From an uncultured Chloroflexia bacterium (lineage in GTDB: Bacteria; Chloroflexota; Limnocylindria; QHBO01): a stretch of 64,000 nt of DNA. The notes below the pieces were generated by a model that was not told where the DNA came from, made no database searches, and worked only from the letters and a program-made list of their open reading frames with translations. Positions 27,434-35,687 of this stretch are shown in pieces (positions within the stretch are counted from its first letter, which is position 1; every line of letters begins with the position of its first letter). The DNA is taken from NCBI GenBank assembly GCA_963760875.1, contig CAVXEH010000014.1:216538-280537 (forward strand), given 5' to 3'. The translations under genes were made by a program, and so were the position numbers.

Positions 27434-28680
27434 CCACCGTGGCGACGAGCCCCTACCGCCTCCTGGCCGGGCCCCGCTTCGAGCAGGGCCCCGAGCCGTA
27501 CGCCGAGCATGTCACCCGCCTGGGCGAGCCGCCGTACGGGTTCGCCGGGCCGCGGCTCATCGACAGTCTCGAGCGCAGCGGCCTGCTGGGCCGCGGCGGG
27601 GCGGGGTTTCCGGTGGGTCGCAAGTGGCGGGCCGTGGCCCAGCGAGCGCGTCGCGGGGCGGTGGTGATCGCCAACGGCGCCGAGGGCGAGCCGCGCTCGG
27701 CAAAGGACCGCGCGCTTCTCACCCTGCGGCCGCACCTCGTCCTGGACGGGGCCATCCTCGCCGCGCTCAGCGTGGGGGCGGACACCGTGCGTGTCTACGT
27801 GGGCACCGAGCACCGCGAGGCGGTGCGTGCCATGGCCAACGCGCTCGCCGAACGACCCCGGGTGCGCGGCCTGAGCCTGGAGCTGGTGGAGGCGCCGACC
27901 GGCTATGTCTCGGGCGAGTCGAGCGCTGTGGTCCGGTACCTCAACGAGCACGACGCGCGGCCCTCCACAACGCCGCCGCGCCCGTACGAGCGCGGGGTCC
28001 GCGGCCGGCCCACCCTGGTCCAGAACGTGGAGAGCCTGGCCTATGCGGCGCTCATCGCCCGCCACGGGGCAGCGTGGTACCGCGAGGCCGGGCGCGGCGA
28101 AACGCGCGGGACGGCCCTGGTGACCGTGACCGGCCCTGTCGCCGAACCCGGCGTGCGCGAGATCGAGTACGGCACCAGCCTCCGCGAGCTGATCGAGTCC
28201 GCCGGCGGCCGGCCGGAGGACGTGGGGGCGGTGCTGATCGGCGGGTACTTCGGCGGCTGGACCGCCGCGGCCGAGCTCCTCGACATGCCCCTGGACCCCG
28301 CCGCGCTCGCCGCCATCGGCCTCGGCTTCGGCTGTGGCCTGGTCGGGCTGCTGCCCGCCGGCTCGTGCGGCGTGTGGGCAACCGAGCAGATCATGACCTA
28401 CATGGCCGGCGAGAGCGCTCGCCAGTGCGGACCGTGCATCTTTGGCCTGGGCGCCATGGCCACCAGCCTGCGACGGCTGGCGACCGGCGGACCCGCGAGG
28501 GACGATCTGCCGAACCTGGACCGATGGTCGGTGGAGATCGCCGGTCGAGGGGCCTGTCACCATCCCGATGGCGCGGCCGCGCTGCTGCGCAGCGGGCTCT
28601 CGGTCTTCGCCGACGAGTTCGCCCTGCACGCCGCGGGTGGCTGCTCCAGCCCGCCGCGGCACGCGAGGGAGATGGCGTGA
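27430..28680 (+). CDS. NuoF-like NADH-binding FMN and 4Fe-4S flavoprotein (51-kDa subunit homolog).
   Basis: GRGGAGFPVGRKW, SGESSA, ESARQCGPCIFG match NuoF/NqrF-family FMN, NADH and Fe-S motifs. Confidence 0.75.
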   Translation: MTTVATSPYRLLAGPRFEQGPEPYAEHVTRLGEPPYGFAGPRLIDSLERSGLLGRGGAGFPVGRKWRAVAQRARRGAVVIANGAEGEPRSAKDRALLTLRPHLVLDGAILAALSVGADTVRVYVGTEHREAVRAMANALAERPRVRGLSLELVEAPTGYVSGESSAVVRYLNEHDARPSTTPPRPYERGVRGRPTLVQNVESLAYAALIARHGAAWYREAGRGETRGTALVTVTGPVAEPGVREIEYGTSLRELIESAGGRPEDVGAVLIGGYFGGWTAAAELLDMPLDPAALAAIGLGFGCGLVGLLPAGSCGVWATEQIMTYMAGESARQCGPCIFGLGAMATSLRRLATGGPARDDLPNLDRWSVEIAGRGACHHPDGAAALLRSGLSVFADEFALHAAGGCSSPPRHAREMA

Positions 28681-28946
28681 TGCGCCTGCGACTGGCGATC
28701 GACCGCATCCGTTGCGACGGCTACGGCATGTGCGCCGAGATCCTCCCCGAGATGATTGCCCTCGACGACTGGGGCTACCCGATCCTGCGCGACGCGCCCA
28801 TCCCCGGGCACCTGCTCGAGCTGGCGCAACGTGCCGTGGACATCTGCCCCGTCCTGGCCCTGCGCCTGGACCCGGTCCTGCGCGACGCGGCGCGCGACGT
28901 CGTGCGCGAGCGCCGGACGGAGGGAACGCTCCTCGGAGGAAGATGA
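28680..28946 (+). CDS. Small ferredoxin.
   Basis: IRCDGYGMCAEILPE...DICPV cluster-binding pattern. ATG overlaps the upstream stop by 1 nt. Confidence 0.65.
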   Translation: MRLRLAIDRIRCDGYGMCAEILPEMIALDDWGYPILRDAPIPGHLLELAQRAVDICPVLALRLDPVLRDAARDVVRERRTEGTLLGGR

Positions 28947-28950
28947 GCCC

Positions 28951-29619
28951 ATGCGCATCCTCGTGGCCGAGGACGATCCCGGCCTTCAGCAGATCATCGC
29001 CCTGGGCCTGCGGGACGCGGGATATCACGTCGACACGGTGGACCGCGGGGACGACGCCATCGACTACATGACGTGGTACGAGTACGACGTCGCGGTCATC
29101 GACTGGCGCATGCCGGGCGCGGAGGGCATTGACGTGGTCGCCTGGGCGCGGCGCCACGAGCGCCCCACGGCCCTCCTGATGCTCACCGCGCGTGACGCGC
29201 CGGCGGACCGCATCCGCGGCCTGGACACCGGCGCGGACGACTACCTGGTCAAGCCCTTCGACTTCGGGGAGCTGCTGGCCCGTATCCGGGCCCTGCAGCG
29301 GCGACCGCGTGGCATCGGCGGGCCGGTGCTGGAGCGCGGCAGGGTCTCGCTGGACCCGGCGAAGCGCGAGGTGGCCGTAGGCGACCACCCGTTGGCTTTG
29401 ACCGGCACCGAATACCTCATCCTCGAGGTCCTGATGCGCCGATCCCCGGCGGTGGTCGACCGCAAGGCGATTGCCGAGCATGCCTGGGCCGACGAGACCG
29501 ACCCGCTCGGCTCCAACGCCATCGACGTCCAGATGAGCCGCCTGCGGGCGAAGCTCCCCAACGCCGGGATTCGGATCGTCACCGTGCGCGGCGCCGGCTA
29601 TCGCCTGGAGGAGGCATGA
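28951..29619 (+). CDS. OmpR-family response regulator.
   Basis: Receiver MRILVAEDDPGLQ...DVAVIDWRMPG. Winged-helix C-terminal ...VRGAGYRLEEA. Confidence 0.85.
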   Translation: MRILVAEDDPGLQQIIALGLRDAGYHVDTVDRGDDAIDYMTWYEYDVAVIDWRMPGAEGIDVVAWARRHERPTALLMLTARDAPADRIRGLDTGADDYLVKPFDFGELLARIRALQRRPRGIGGPVLERGRVSLDPAKREVAVGDHPLALTGTEYLILEVLMRRSPAVVDRKAIAEHAWADETDPLGSNAIDVQMSRLRAKLPNAGIRIVTVRGAGYRLEEA

Positions 29620-30842
29620 GCGTGGCGGGCCCCCACCACGACGTGCGTCGCGCCTCGATCCGCGTTGCGCTGAGCACCACCGGCGCCGTGGCCGTGGTGT
29701 ACATCGTGGTGGCCATCGCCTTCTTCGCGATCGTCTCGACCAACCTGACCCGCCAGGTGGACGACCGGCTGACCGCCGCCTTGAGCCAGTCCCAGCCCGT
29801 GGGCAGCGGCTCCGGCGAGGAGCCGCCGGAGGGGCCCCATGATCGACCCCTTGGGCCACCGGTCCTGGTCTGGCTCATCCGCAGTGACGGCAGCGTGCTC
29901 ACCACGGTGAACGCGTCGCTGCCGACGCAGTATGCCGACGTCACCAGCCCCACCACGGCGACCATCAACGGGACCTCCGTGCGGCTCGCGGGCACCGACG
30001 TCGCTGGCGGCCACGTCATCGTTGGCCAGGACATCACCGACATCGGCCGCAGCCAGTCGAACCTGATCCTGGCCGAGGTCCTCATCGGCCCCATCCTGCT
30101 CATCCTCGTCTTTGGCGGAGCCGTCTTCGTGGGACGGCGGGTGGCCACGCCCATCGAGAGCGCCCGGCGTCGCCAGCTCGACTTCTCCGCCGACGCTTCG
30201 CACGAGCTGCGCACCCCGCTGTCGGTCATCGAGGCCAACACCAGCCTGGCGCTCTCCGAACCGCGCACCGCGGAGTGGTACCGCACCGCCTTCGAGCGGG
30301 TGAGCGGCGAGTCGGCGCGCATGCGCCGGCTGCTCGACGACCTGCTGTGGCTGTCGCGCTTCGACGCGCGTCGCGGGCAGCCCGACGCGGAGCCGGTGGA
30401 CCTGGGGATCATGGCGGCGCAGGCGGTGGACCGCTTCCGGGCCATCGCGGAGCAGCGCCACCTGGCGCTGAGCCTGGACGCCGCGGAGGGGCAGGTCATC
30501 AGCGCCCCGCCCGACTGGCTCGACCGCCTGCTGGGCGTGCTCCTCGACAACGCCTGCAAGTACTCACCGCAGGATGGTGCCGTGGCGGTATCGGTCCAGA
30601 CCGATGGCGGCCGCACCACGCTAAGCGTCGACGACACTGGTCCGGGCATTCCGGTGGAGCAGCGCCCGCGCATCTTCGACCGCTTCCACCGCGCTACCGA
30701 GAGCGGGTCGGGAGCCGGCCTGGGATTGGCCATCGCCGACGAGGTGGTGCGCGCCACCGGTGGCCGATGGCGCCTGGAGACCTCGCCGCGCGGCGGCGCG
30801 AGGATGTCGGTCAGCTGGCCACGGGGACGCCTCGCCACCTGA
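29616..30842 (+). CDS. Sensor histidine kinase (two TM, HAMP-like, HisKA, HATPase_c).
   Basis: H-box SHELRTPLSVI. N/G boxes DDTGPGIP...GSGAGLGLAIA. Start overlaps the response-regulator stop. Confidence 0.85.
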   Translation: MSVAGPHHDVRRASIRVALSTTGAVAVVYIVVAIAFFAIVSTNLTRQVDDRLTAALSQSQPVGSGSGEEPPEGPHDRPLGPPVLVWLIRSDGSVLTTVNASLPTQYADVTSPTTATINGTSVRLAGTDVAGGHVIVGQDITDIGRSQSNLILAEVLIGPILLILVFGGAVFVGRRVATPIESARRRQLDFSADASHELRTPLSVIEANTSLALSEPRTAEWYRTAFERVSGESARMRRLLDDLLWLSRFDARRGQPDAEPVDLGIMAAQAVDRFRAIAEQRHLALSLDAAEGQVISAPPDWLDRLLGVLLDNACKYSPQDGAVAVSVQTDGGRTTLSVDDTGPGIPVEQRPRIFDRFHRATESGSGAGLGLAIADEVVRATGGRWRLETSPRGGARMSVSWPRGRLAT

Positions 30843-30850
30843 CCCCCCGG

Positions 30851-30886
30851 CGTAACCGAACCGAAAGGCACCGGGCGCGAGACTGC
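30851..30886 (+). promoter_or_regulatory. Conserved motif copy C: CGTAACCGAACCGAAAGG plus CGCGAGACTGC, immediately after the histidine-kinase stop and upstream of the GtrA-like/GT39 genes.
   Basis: See copies A and B. Confidence 0.5.
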
Positions 30887-30950
30887 CGTCAATGTCCATC
30901 ACGACCGCGCCGCCACTCGTCCGGCAGGCCCGGCCATCACCAGCGTTGCG

Positions 30951-31124
30951 GTGGTCGTCCTGCACGAGATCACCGCGACGCCACCCCGCACCGTGGAGCT
31001 CGTCGTGCTCATCGGCGCCAACGGACTTGCGACGGTCGTCCGCTTCGTCATGCTTCGCGCATGGATCGACCGGGGCCGACGACCGTCAGCGACCAGCGCC
31101 CAGCTGAGAAAGGCCCTGTCATGA
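30951..31124 (+). CDS. Possible GtrA-family small membrane protein. It may be an N-terminally truncated or frameshifted remnant.
   Basis: The frame after the HK stop translates ...PAITSVAVVVLHEITATPPRTVELVVLIGANGLATVVRFVMLRAWIDRGRRP. This resembles the C-terminal half of GtrA proteins (..N.l...NFllnR.W.F.). The TGA overlaps the GT39 ATG (ATGA). GTG start at 30951. It is absent from the ORF track because it is under 60 codons. Confidence 0.3.
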   Translation: MVVLHEITATPPRTVELVVLIGANGLATVVRFVMLRAWIDRGRRPSATSAQLRKALS

Positions 31125-33055
31125 CCTCCATCTCCCGCCCGTCCACCGAGACGGCACTCCACCGTCGGCCCGGTGTGCCGGGCCTGGCGACCCTGGTTCG
31201 GGGCCGCGCGGACGAGGCTGCGTGGGTCCGGCCCGCGTTCTGGGGGGTCACCGCGCTGGCCGCGGTCCTCTACGTCGTCAACCTCACCGTCTCGGGGTTC
31301 GCGAACACCTACTACTCGGCCGCCGCCCTTGCCGCCAGCCAGAGCTGGTCGGCGTGGTTCTTCGGCAGCTTCGATGCCGCGAACTTCATCACCGTCGACA
31401 AGCCGCCGCTGGCCACCATGTTCATGGGCCTCTCCGTCCGGGTCTTTGGCCTCTCGTCGTGGAGCGTCCTGCTCCCGGAGGCGCTGGCCGGGGTAGCGGG
31501 CGTGGCGCTCCTGTGGGCCATCGTGAAGCGCTCGTACGGGCCGGCGGCAGCCACCATCGCGGCGCTGGTCATGGCCCTCACCCCGGCCGCGGTCCTCATC
31601 TTCCGCTACAACAACCCCGACGCCCTGCTGACCCTCCTGCTCGTCGGCGCCGCGGGCGCGTTCCTGCGCTCGCTGGAGAAGGGCCGCGTCCGCTGGGTCG
31701 TGCTGGCCGCGGTCCTGGTGGGCTTCGCCTTCAACACCAAGCTCCTGCAGGCCTACCTGGTGCTCCCCGTCTTCGCCGTCACCTACCTCATCGCGGCACC
31801 GGGCTCCGTCCTGCGGCGCCTTGGCATCCTGGGCATCGCTCTGGTGACCGTCCTGGTCAGCAGCAGCTGGTGGGTGCTCGGGACCCTCCTGTCATCCACG
31901 CATCCGTTCATCGGCGGATCCACCAACAACTCCGCCCTGGACCTGATCTTCGGGTACAACGGCCTGGCGCGGATCTTTGGCAACACCTTTGGCGGCGGGG
32001 GCGGTGGTCCGGGGGGCGGCTTCGCCGGTGGTCCGGGCGGCTTCGGTGGCGGCGGTGGCTTCTCCGGCACGCCGGGCCTGCTTCGGCTCTTCAACAGTGA
32101 GCTCGGTGGCCAGGTCGCCTGGCTCCTCCCCTTCTCCCTGGTCGGCATGGTGGCAGGCCTCGCCCTGCGCTGGCGCACCCCGCGCACGGATCCGCGGCGC
32201 GCGGCCGCCCTCATGTGGGGCGGCTGGCTGGTGGTGACCGCGGCCACGTTCAGCTTCATGTCGGGGATCATCCACAGCTACTACGCGGTGGCCCTGGCGC
32301 CGGCGATTGGCGCGCTCGTGGGCATCGGCATCGTGGAGCTGTGGTCCTGGCGCCGACGATCCATTGCCGGTGGCCTGGTGCTGGGCGCGACGATCCTGGG
32401 CAGCGGGCTCCTTGCCTGGCAGCTCCTCGAGCGGACGCCCGCCTTCGCGCCCGGCCTGGGCCTGGTCGTCCTGGGCGTGTCCGCGGTGGTGGCGCTGATC
32501 GTCGCCCTGCCGCACGACGAGCACCAGCGCCACACCCAGATGGCCGCCGTCGCCCTGGGTGTGGCGATCCTCCTTGCCGCTCCCGGCACCTACGCGGTGG
32601 ACACCATGCTCACCGCGCACTCCGGCGGCGACCCTGCGGCCGGGCCGAGCGCCGGCAACTTCGGCGTCGGTGGCGGCGGGCCGGGAGCGGCCTCGACCGA
32701 CTCCGCCCTGATCCAGTACCTGCTCGCCAACCAGGATGGCGCCACCTGGATCGTCGCCACCACATCGGCCCAGGAAGCCGGATCGCTGGAGCTGGCGGCG
32801 GGCGCGCCGGTCATGGCCATGGGCGGATTCAACGGCAGTGACCCTGCCCCGACCCTGGACGAGTTCAAGGCCCTGGTGGCCGCCGGCAAGATCAGGTACG
32901 TGCTGGTCAGCGGACGGGGCGGGTTCGGCGGTCCCGGCCGTGGCTCGTCCTCCGTGTCGGCCATCGACACCTGGGCGGCCTCGGTCGGCACCCAGGTTGC
33001 CTATGGCGGCAGCGCCACCCTCTACGACCTGTCGTCCCTCGCCACTGCGAGCTGA
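31121..33055 (+). CDS. Glycosyltransferase family 39 (PMT/ArnT-like protein O-mannosyltransferase) with a Gly-rich loop and a C-terminal periplasmic domain.
   Basis: N-terminal GT39 region (VDKPPLATMFMGLSVRVFG..., many TM helices). GGGGGPGGGFAGGPGGFGGGGGFSG loop. Long C-terminal soluble domain. Confidence 0.75.
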   Translation: MTSISRPSTETALHRRPGVPGLATLVRGRADEAAWVRPAFWGVTALAAVLYVVNLTVSGFANTYYSAAALAASQSWSAWFFGSFDAANFITVDKPPLATMFMGLSVRVFGLSSWSVLLPEALAGVAGVALLWAIVKRSYGPAAATIAALVMALTPAAVLIFRYNNPDALLTLLLVGAAGAFLRSLEKGRVRWVVLAAVLVGFAFNTKLLQAYLVLPVFAVTYLIAAPGSVLRRLGILGIALVTVLVSSSWWVLGTLLSSTHPFIGGSTNNSALDLIFGYNGLARIFGNTFGGGGGGPGGGFAGGPGGFGGGGGFSGTPGLLRLFNSELGGQVAWLLPFSLVGMVAGLALRWRTPRTDPRRAAALMWGGWLVVTAATFSFMSGIIHSYYAVALAPAIGALVGIGIVELWSWRRRSIAGGLVLGATILGSGLLAWQLLERTPAFAPGLGLVVLGVSAVVALIVALPHDEHQRHTQMAAVALGVAILLAAPGTYAVDTMLTAHSGGDPAAGPSAGNFGVGGGGPGAASTDSALIQYLLANQDGATWIVATTSAQEAGSLELAAGAPVMAMGGFNGSDPAPTLDEFKALVAAGKIRYVLVSGRGGFGGPGRGSSSVSAIDTWAASVGTQVAYGGSATLYDLSSLATAS

Positions 33056-33147
33056 TCAGGTCACCGACGGTCGCCTCCTCCCGACCGTTGACTCCCACGC
33101 CCCGGTGGGCGCTCTCCTCCACCGGGGCGTTCTGCTGCCTCGGCCGG

Positions 33148-33175
33148 ATGTTCGAGTGGCTGGAACGTATCGTCC
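33148..33175 (+). repeat. 28-nt direct repeat, copy 1 (ATGTTCGAGTGGCTGGAACGTATCGTCC), upstream of arsR.
   Basis: 24/28 identical to 34490..34517. Further shared blocks lie nearby (GACGTCAGGTTACGG vs GACGTTACGTTCCGG). Confidence 0.6.
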
Positions 33176-33335
33176 ATCGGAGACCCCCGCCGCCCTTCTC
33201 CGGGACGTCAGGTTACGGCGGCTCGAACACCGCGTCCGGGACCGCGGCCAACGGGGCCCTTCCTGGACATTGGGTTTCATCGGCTCGAACATCGGCTGGC
33301 GGCCTATATTGACCATCATCGATATACTGTGAGGC

Positions 33336-33629
33336 ATGAAGGACGCAGACCCGGACATCCAGCTCCTGACCGCCCTCGCCGACCCGGTGCGCCTCAGCAT
33401 CGTCCGGCAGCTCGCGGCAGCCCGGACGCCCATCTGCGCCTGCGAGTTCACCGAGTGCTGCACCGTCAGCCAGCCGACCGTGAGCCACCACCTGCGCACC
33501 CTGCGCGAGGCGGGCCTGGTCAGCACCGAGCGGCGAGGCACCTACATCTACTACGACCTCGCCCCGGATTTCGGACGCCGATGGGCCGGCCTGGGCCGCA
33601 CCCTCTCCGGCCTCGCCCAGGTGGCCTGA
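33336..33629 (+). CDS. arsR: ArsR/SmtB family metalloregulator.
   Basis: HTH LADPVRLSIVRQL...CACEF...SQPTVSHHLRTLREAGLV. Confidence 0.85.
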   Translation: MKDADPDIQLLTALADPVRLSIVRQLAAARTPICACEFTECCTVSQPTVSHHLRTLREAGLVSTERRGTYIYYDLAPDFGRRWAGLGRTLSGLAQVA

Positions 33630-33660
33630 GCCGCAACCGACCGTCGAAGGAGACAGACCG

Positions 33661-34473
33661 ATGACCAACCAGATCCACGAGCAGGTGCGCGAGCGCTACG
33701 CGCAGGCGGCCGTCGGTGTGCTGCAGACGGGAACAGCGGCCTGCTGCGACGAGCCGGGCATCGGTCCGGAGCTGTACTCCGCGCTCGAGCAGGCAGAGCT
33801 GCCCACCGCGGCGGTCATGGCCTCGCTGGGCTGCGGCAACCCCCTCGCCGTCGCGGACCTGCACCCCGGGGAGCGGGTCCTGGACCTTGGCTCCGGCGGC
33901 GGCATCGACGTGCTGCTGTCCGCAAAGCGGGTGGGGCCGGAAGGCCGCGCCATCGGCCTGGACATGACCGACGAGATGCTGGCCCTGGCCCAGCGCAACG
34001 CGGCGGAGGCGGGCGCCACCAACGTCGAGTTCCTGAAGGGCACCATCGAGGCCATCCCGCTCCCGGCGGACTCGGTGGACGTGGTGATCAGCAACTGCGT
34101 CGTCAACCTGGCCGCGGACAAGCCGTCCGTCTTCCGCGAGATCGCCCGGGTCCTGCGGCCCGGCGGGCGGGTCGGGATCACCGACATCGTGGCCGATGAC
34201 TCCCTCACCCCCGAGCAGCGCGCCCAGCGCGGCTCGTACGTGGGCTGCATCGCCGGCGCGCTGAGCTTCAGCGAGTTCTCCGCCGGTCTGCAGGCGGTTG
34301 GCCTGGCCGATGTCTCGGTCACCCCGACCCACGCGGTGGCCGAGGGGATGCACAGCGCCATCGTGAAGGCGGTGAAGCCCGCGGATGCGTCGCCATCGGT
34401 CTCGTTGGAGGCTTCGCCGGACGCACTGCCGATGGCGACCGGAGGCTGCTGCGGCGGCTCCGGCTGCTGCTAG
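33661..34473 (+). CDS. arsM: Arsenite S-adenosylmethionine methyltransferase.
   Basis: SAM-binding VLDLGSGGGIDV. Conserved Cys at N- and C-termini (AACCDEP...GGCCGGSGCC), typical of ArsM. Confidence 0.8.
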   Translation: MTNQIHEQVRERYAQAAVGVLQTGTAACCDEPGIGPELYSALEQAELPTAAVMASLGCGNPLAVADLHPGERVLDLGSGGGIDVLLSAKRVGPEGRAIGLDMTDEMLALAQRNAAEAGATNVEFLKGTIEAIPLPADSVDVVISNCVVNLAADKPSVFREIARVLRPGGRVGITDIVADDSLTPEQRAQRGSYVGCIAGALSFSEFSAGLQAVGLADVSVTPTHAVAEGMHSAIVKAVKPADASPSVSLEASPDALPMATGGCCGGSGCC

Positions 34474-34489
34474 CCGTCTCCTCCGGCGC

Positions 34490-34517
34490 ATGTTCGAGTG
34501 GTTGAAACCTAACGTCC
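34490..34517 (+). repeat. 28-nt direct repeat, copy 2 (ATGTTCGAGTGGTTGAAACCTAACGTCC), downstream of arsM.
   Basis: Pairs with 33148..33175. Confidence 0.6.
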
Positions 34518-34667
34518 CTGAAGCACCGCGCCCAGCCTCCTCACGGACGCAGTGTTATGCGCCCCCGAACCTCACGTCCGTGGACGGTCGGACGTGCGGC
34601 GCCGGCCGCCCCTCCCGGACGTTACGTTCCGGTGGATGTAACACGGCGTGCCGGTGACGTCGGAAGG

Positions 34668-35366
34668 CTAGACGCTAACCCCGATCAGGCTGCCCACGCC
34701 GAAGGTGACCGCGGCGGCAACGCCGCCCAGGGCGAGCTGGCGCAGGCCGGTGAGGAGCGGGCTCCGGCGGGTGAGGATGCTGACGCCCACGCCCAGCAGG
34801 AACAGGGCGACCAGGCTGACGCCCAGGCTGGTCGCGAACGCCAGCCCGCCCGCGGTGAGCAGGTAGGGCACCAGCGGGATCAGGGCACCCAGGGTGAAGG
34901 CGAAGAAGGAGCCGATGCCGGCCGCCCACGGTGACCCGATGGAGCGGGCGTCGAGGCCCACCTCCTCGAAGATGAGCAGGCGGGTCGCGGCCTCGGGGTC
35001 GGCGAAGACGCGGCTGACGAAGGTCTCCGCCTCGTCCTGGGTGAAGCCTCGGTCGCGATAGATGCCGATGAGGATCCCGCGCTCCTGGTCGGATGCCTCC
35101 CGCAGCTGGTGGCGCTGGAAGGCGAGCTGGTAGGCGAGCAGCTCCTGCTGGCTCTTCACGCTGATGTACTCGCCCACGCCCATGCTGAAGGCGCCGGCCA
35201 GGAGGCCCGCGATCCCGGCCAGGACGATGATGCCCGGCGCCGGATTCGCGCCTGCGACGCCCATGACCAGGGCCAGGTTGGAGACGAGCCCGTCGTTGCC
35301 GCCAAAGACCACCGGGCGCAGGACGCTGATGAGCCGCGTCTCGTGCGGCGAGGAGGGATCCGGCAT
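34668..35366 (-). CDS. VIT1/CCC1 family iron/manganese transporter.
   Basis: VIT-family N-terminal FGGNDGLVSNLALVMGVAGA and five TM helices. Start refined to MPDPSS. Confidence 0.75.
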   Translation of the reverse strand: MPDPSSPHETRLISVLRPVVFGGNDGLVSNLALVMGVAGANPAPGIIVLAGIAGLLAGAFSMGVGEYISVKSQQELLAYQLAFQRHQLREASDQERGILIGIYRDRGFTQDEAETFVSRVFADPEAATRLLIFEEVGLDARSIGSPWAAGIGSFFAFTLGALIPLVPYLLTAGGLAFATSLGVSLVALFLLGVGVSILTRRSPLLTGLRQLALGGVAAAVTFGVGSLIGVSV

Positions 35367-35687
35367 GGTCGGCGGGTGGAGGAAGGGGATGCGTCGGACC
35401 ATCGGCGCCCATTGGAGCGTCCGCGGCCCTTCAGCGCAAGGGGCCGAACGGACCCGATCGGCAGGACCTCGACCCATGGCCGGGCCACGGCGTCAGCTGG
35501 TGATGTCATCACCGCTACGACCGGCGAGCGCCCGGAGCCGACGCGATGCACCGCTGCCAACGGTCATATCGGCGGCCAGGTCACCTGATCGGCCGAGGAA
35601 CCGCCTCAGTGGCGCCGCGCGGGTCCCTCCGACGGTCGCAGTGATGACCTCACGACCACGCCGGCCCGCGGCCGGCCGGTCCGCGAT

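Noticed and set aside
30892-31107. ATG-initiated 71-aa ORF directly after motif copy C.
   Set aside because: The Ser/Arg/Pro-rich translation has poor codon-position GC pattern. The overlapping +0 frame with GtrA-like sequence is the more credible coding frame.
33088-34657. ORFs 33088..33312 and 34385..34657 both translate RMFEWL, which looks like paralogous peptides.
   Set aside because: The shared peptide comes from the 28-nt direct DNA repeat flanking arsRM. The surrounding ORF sequence is Pro/Arg-rich and non-conserved. It is reported as a DNA repeat, not as genes.
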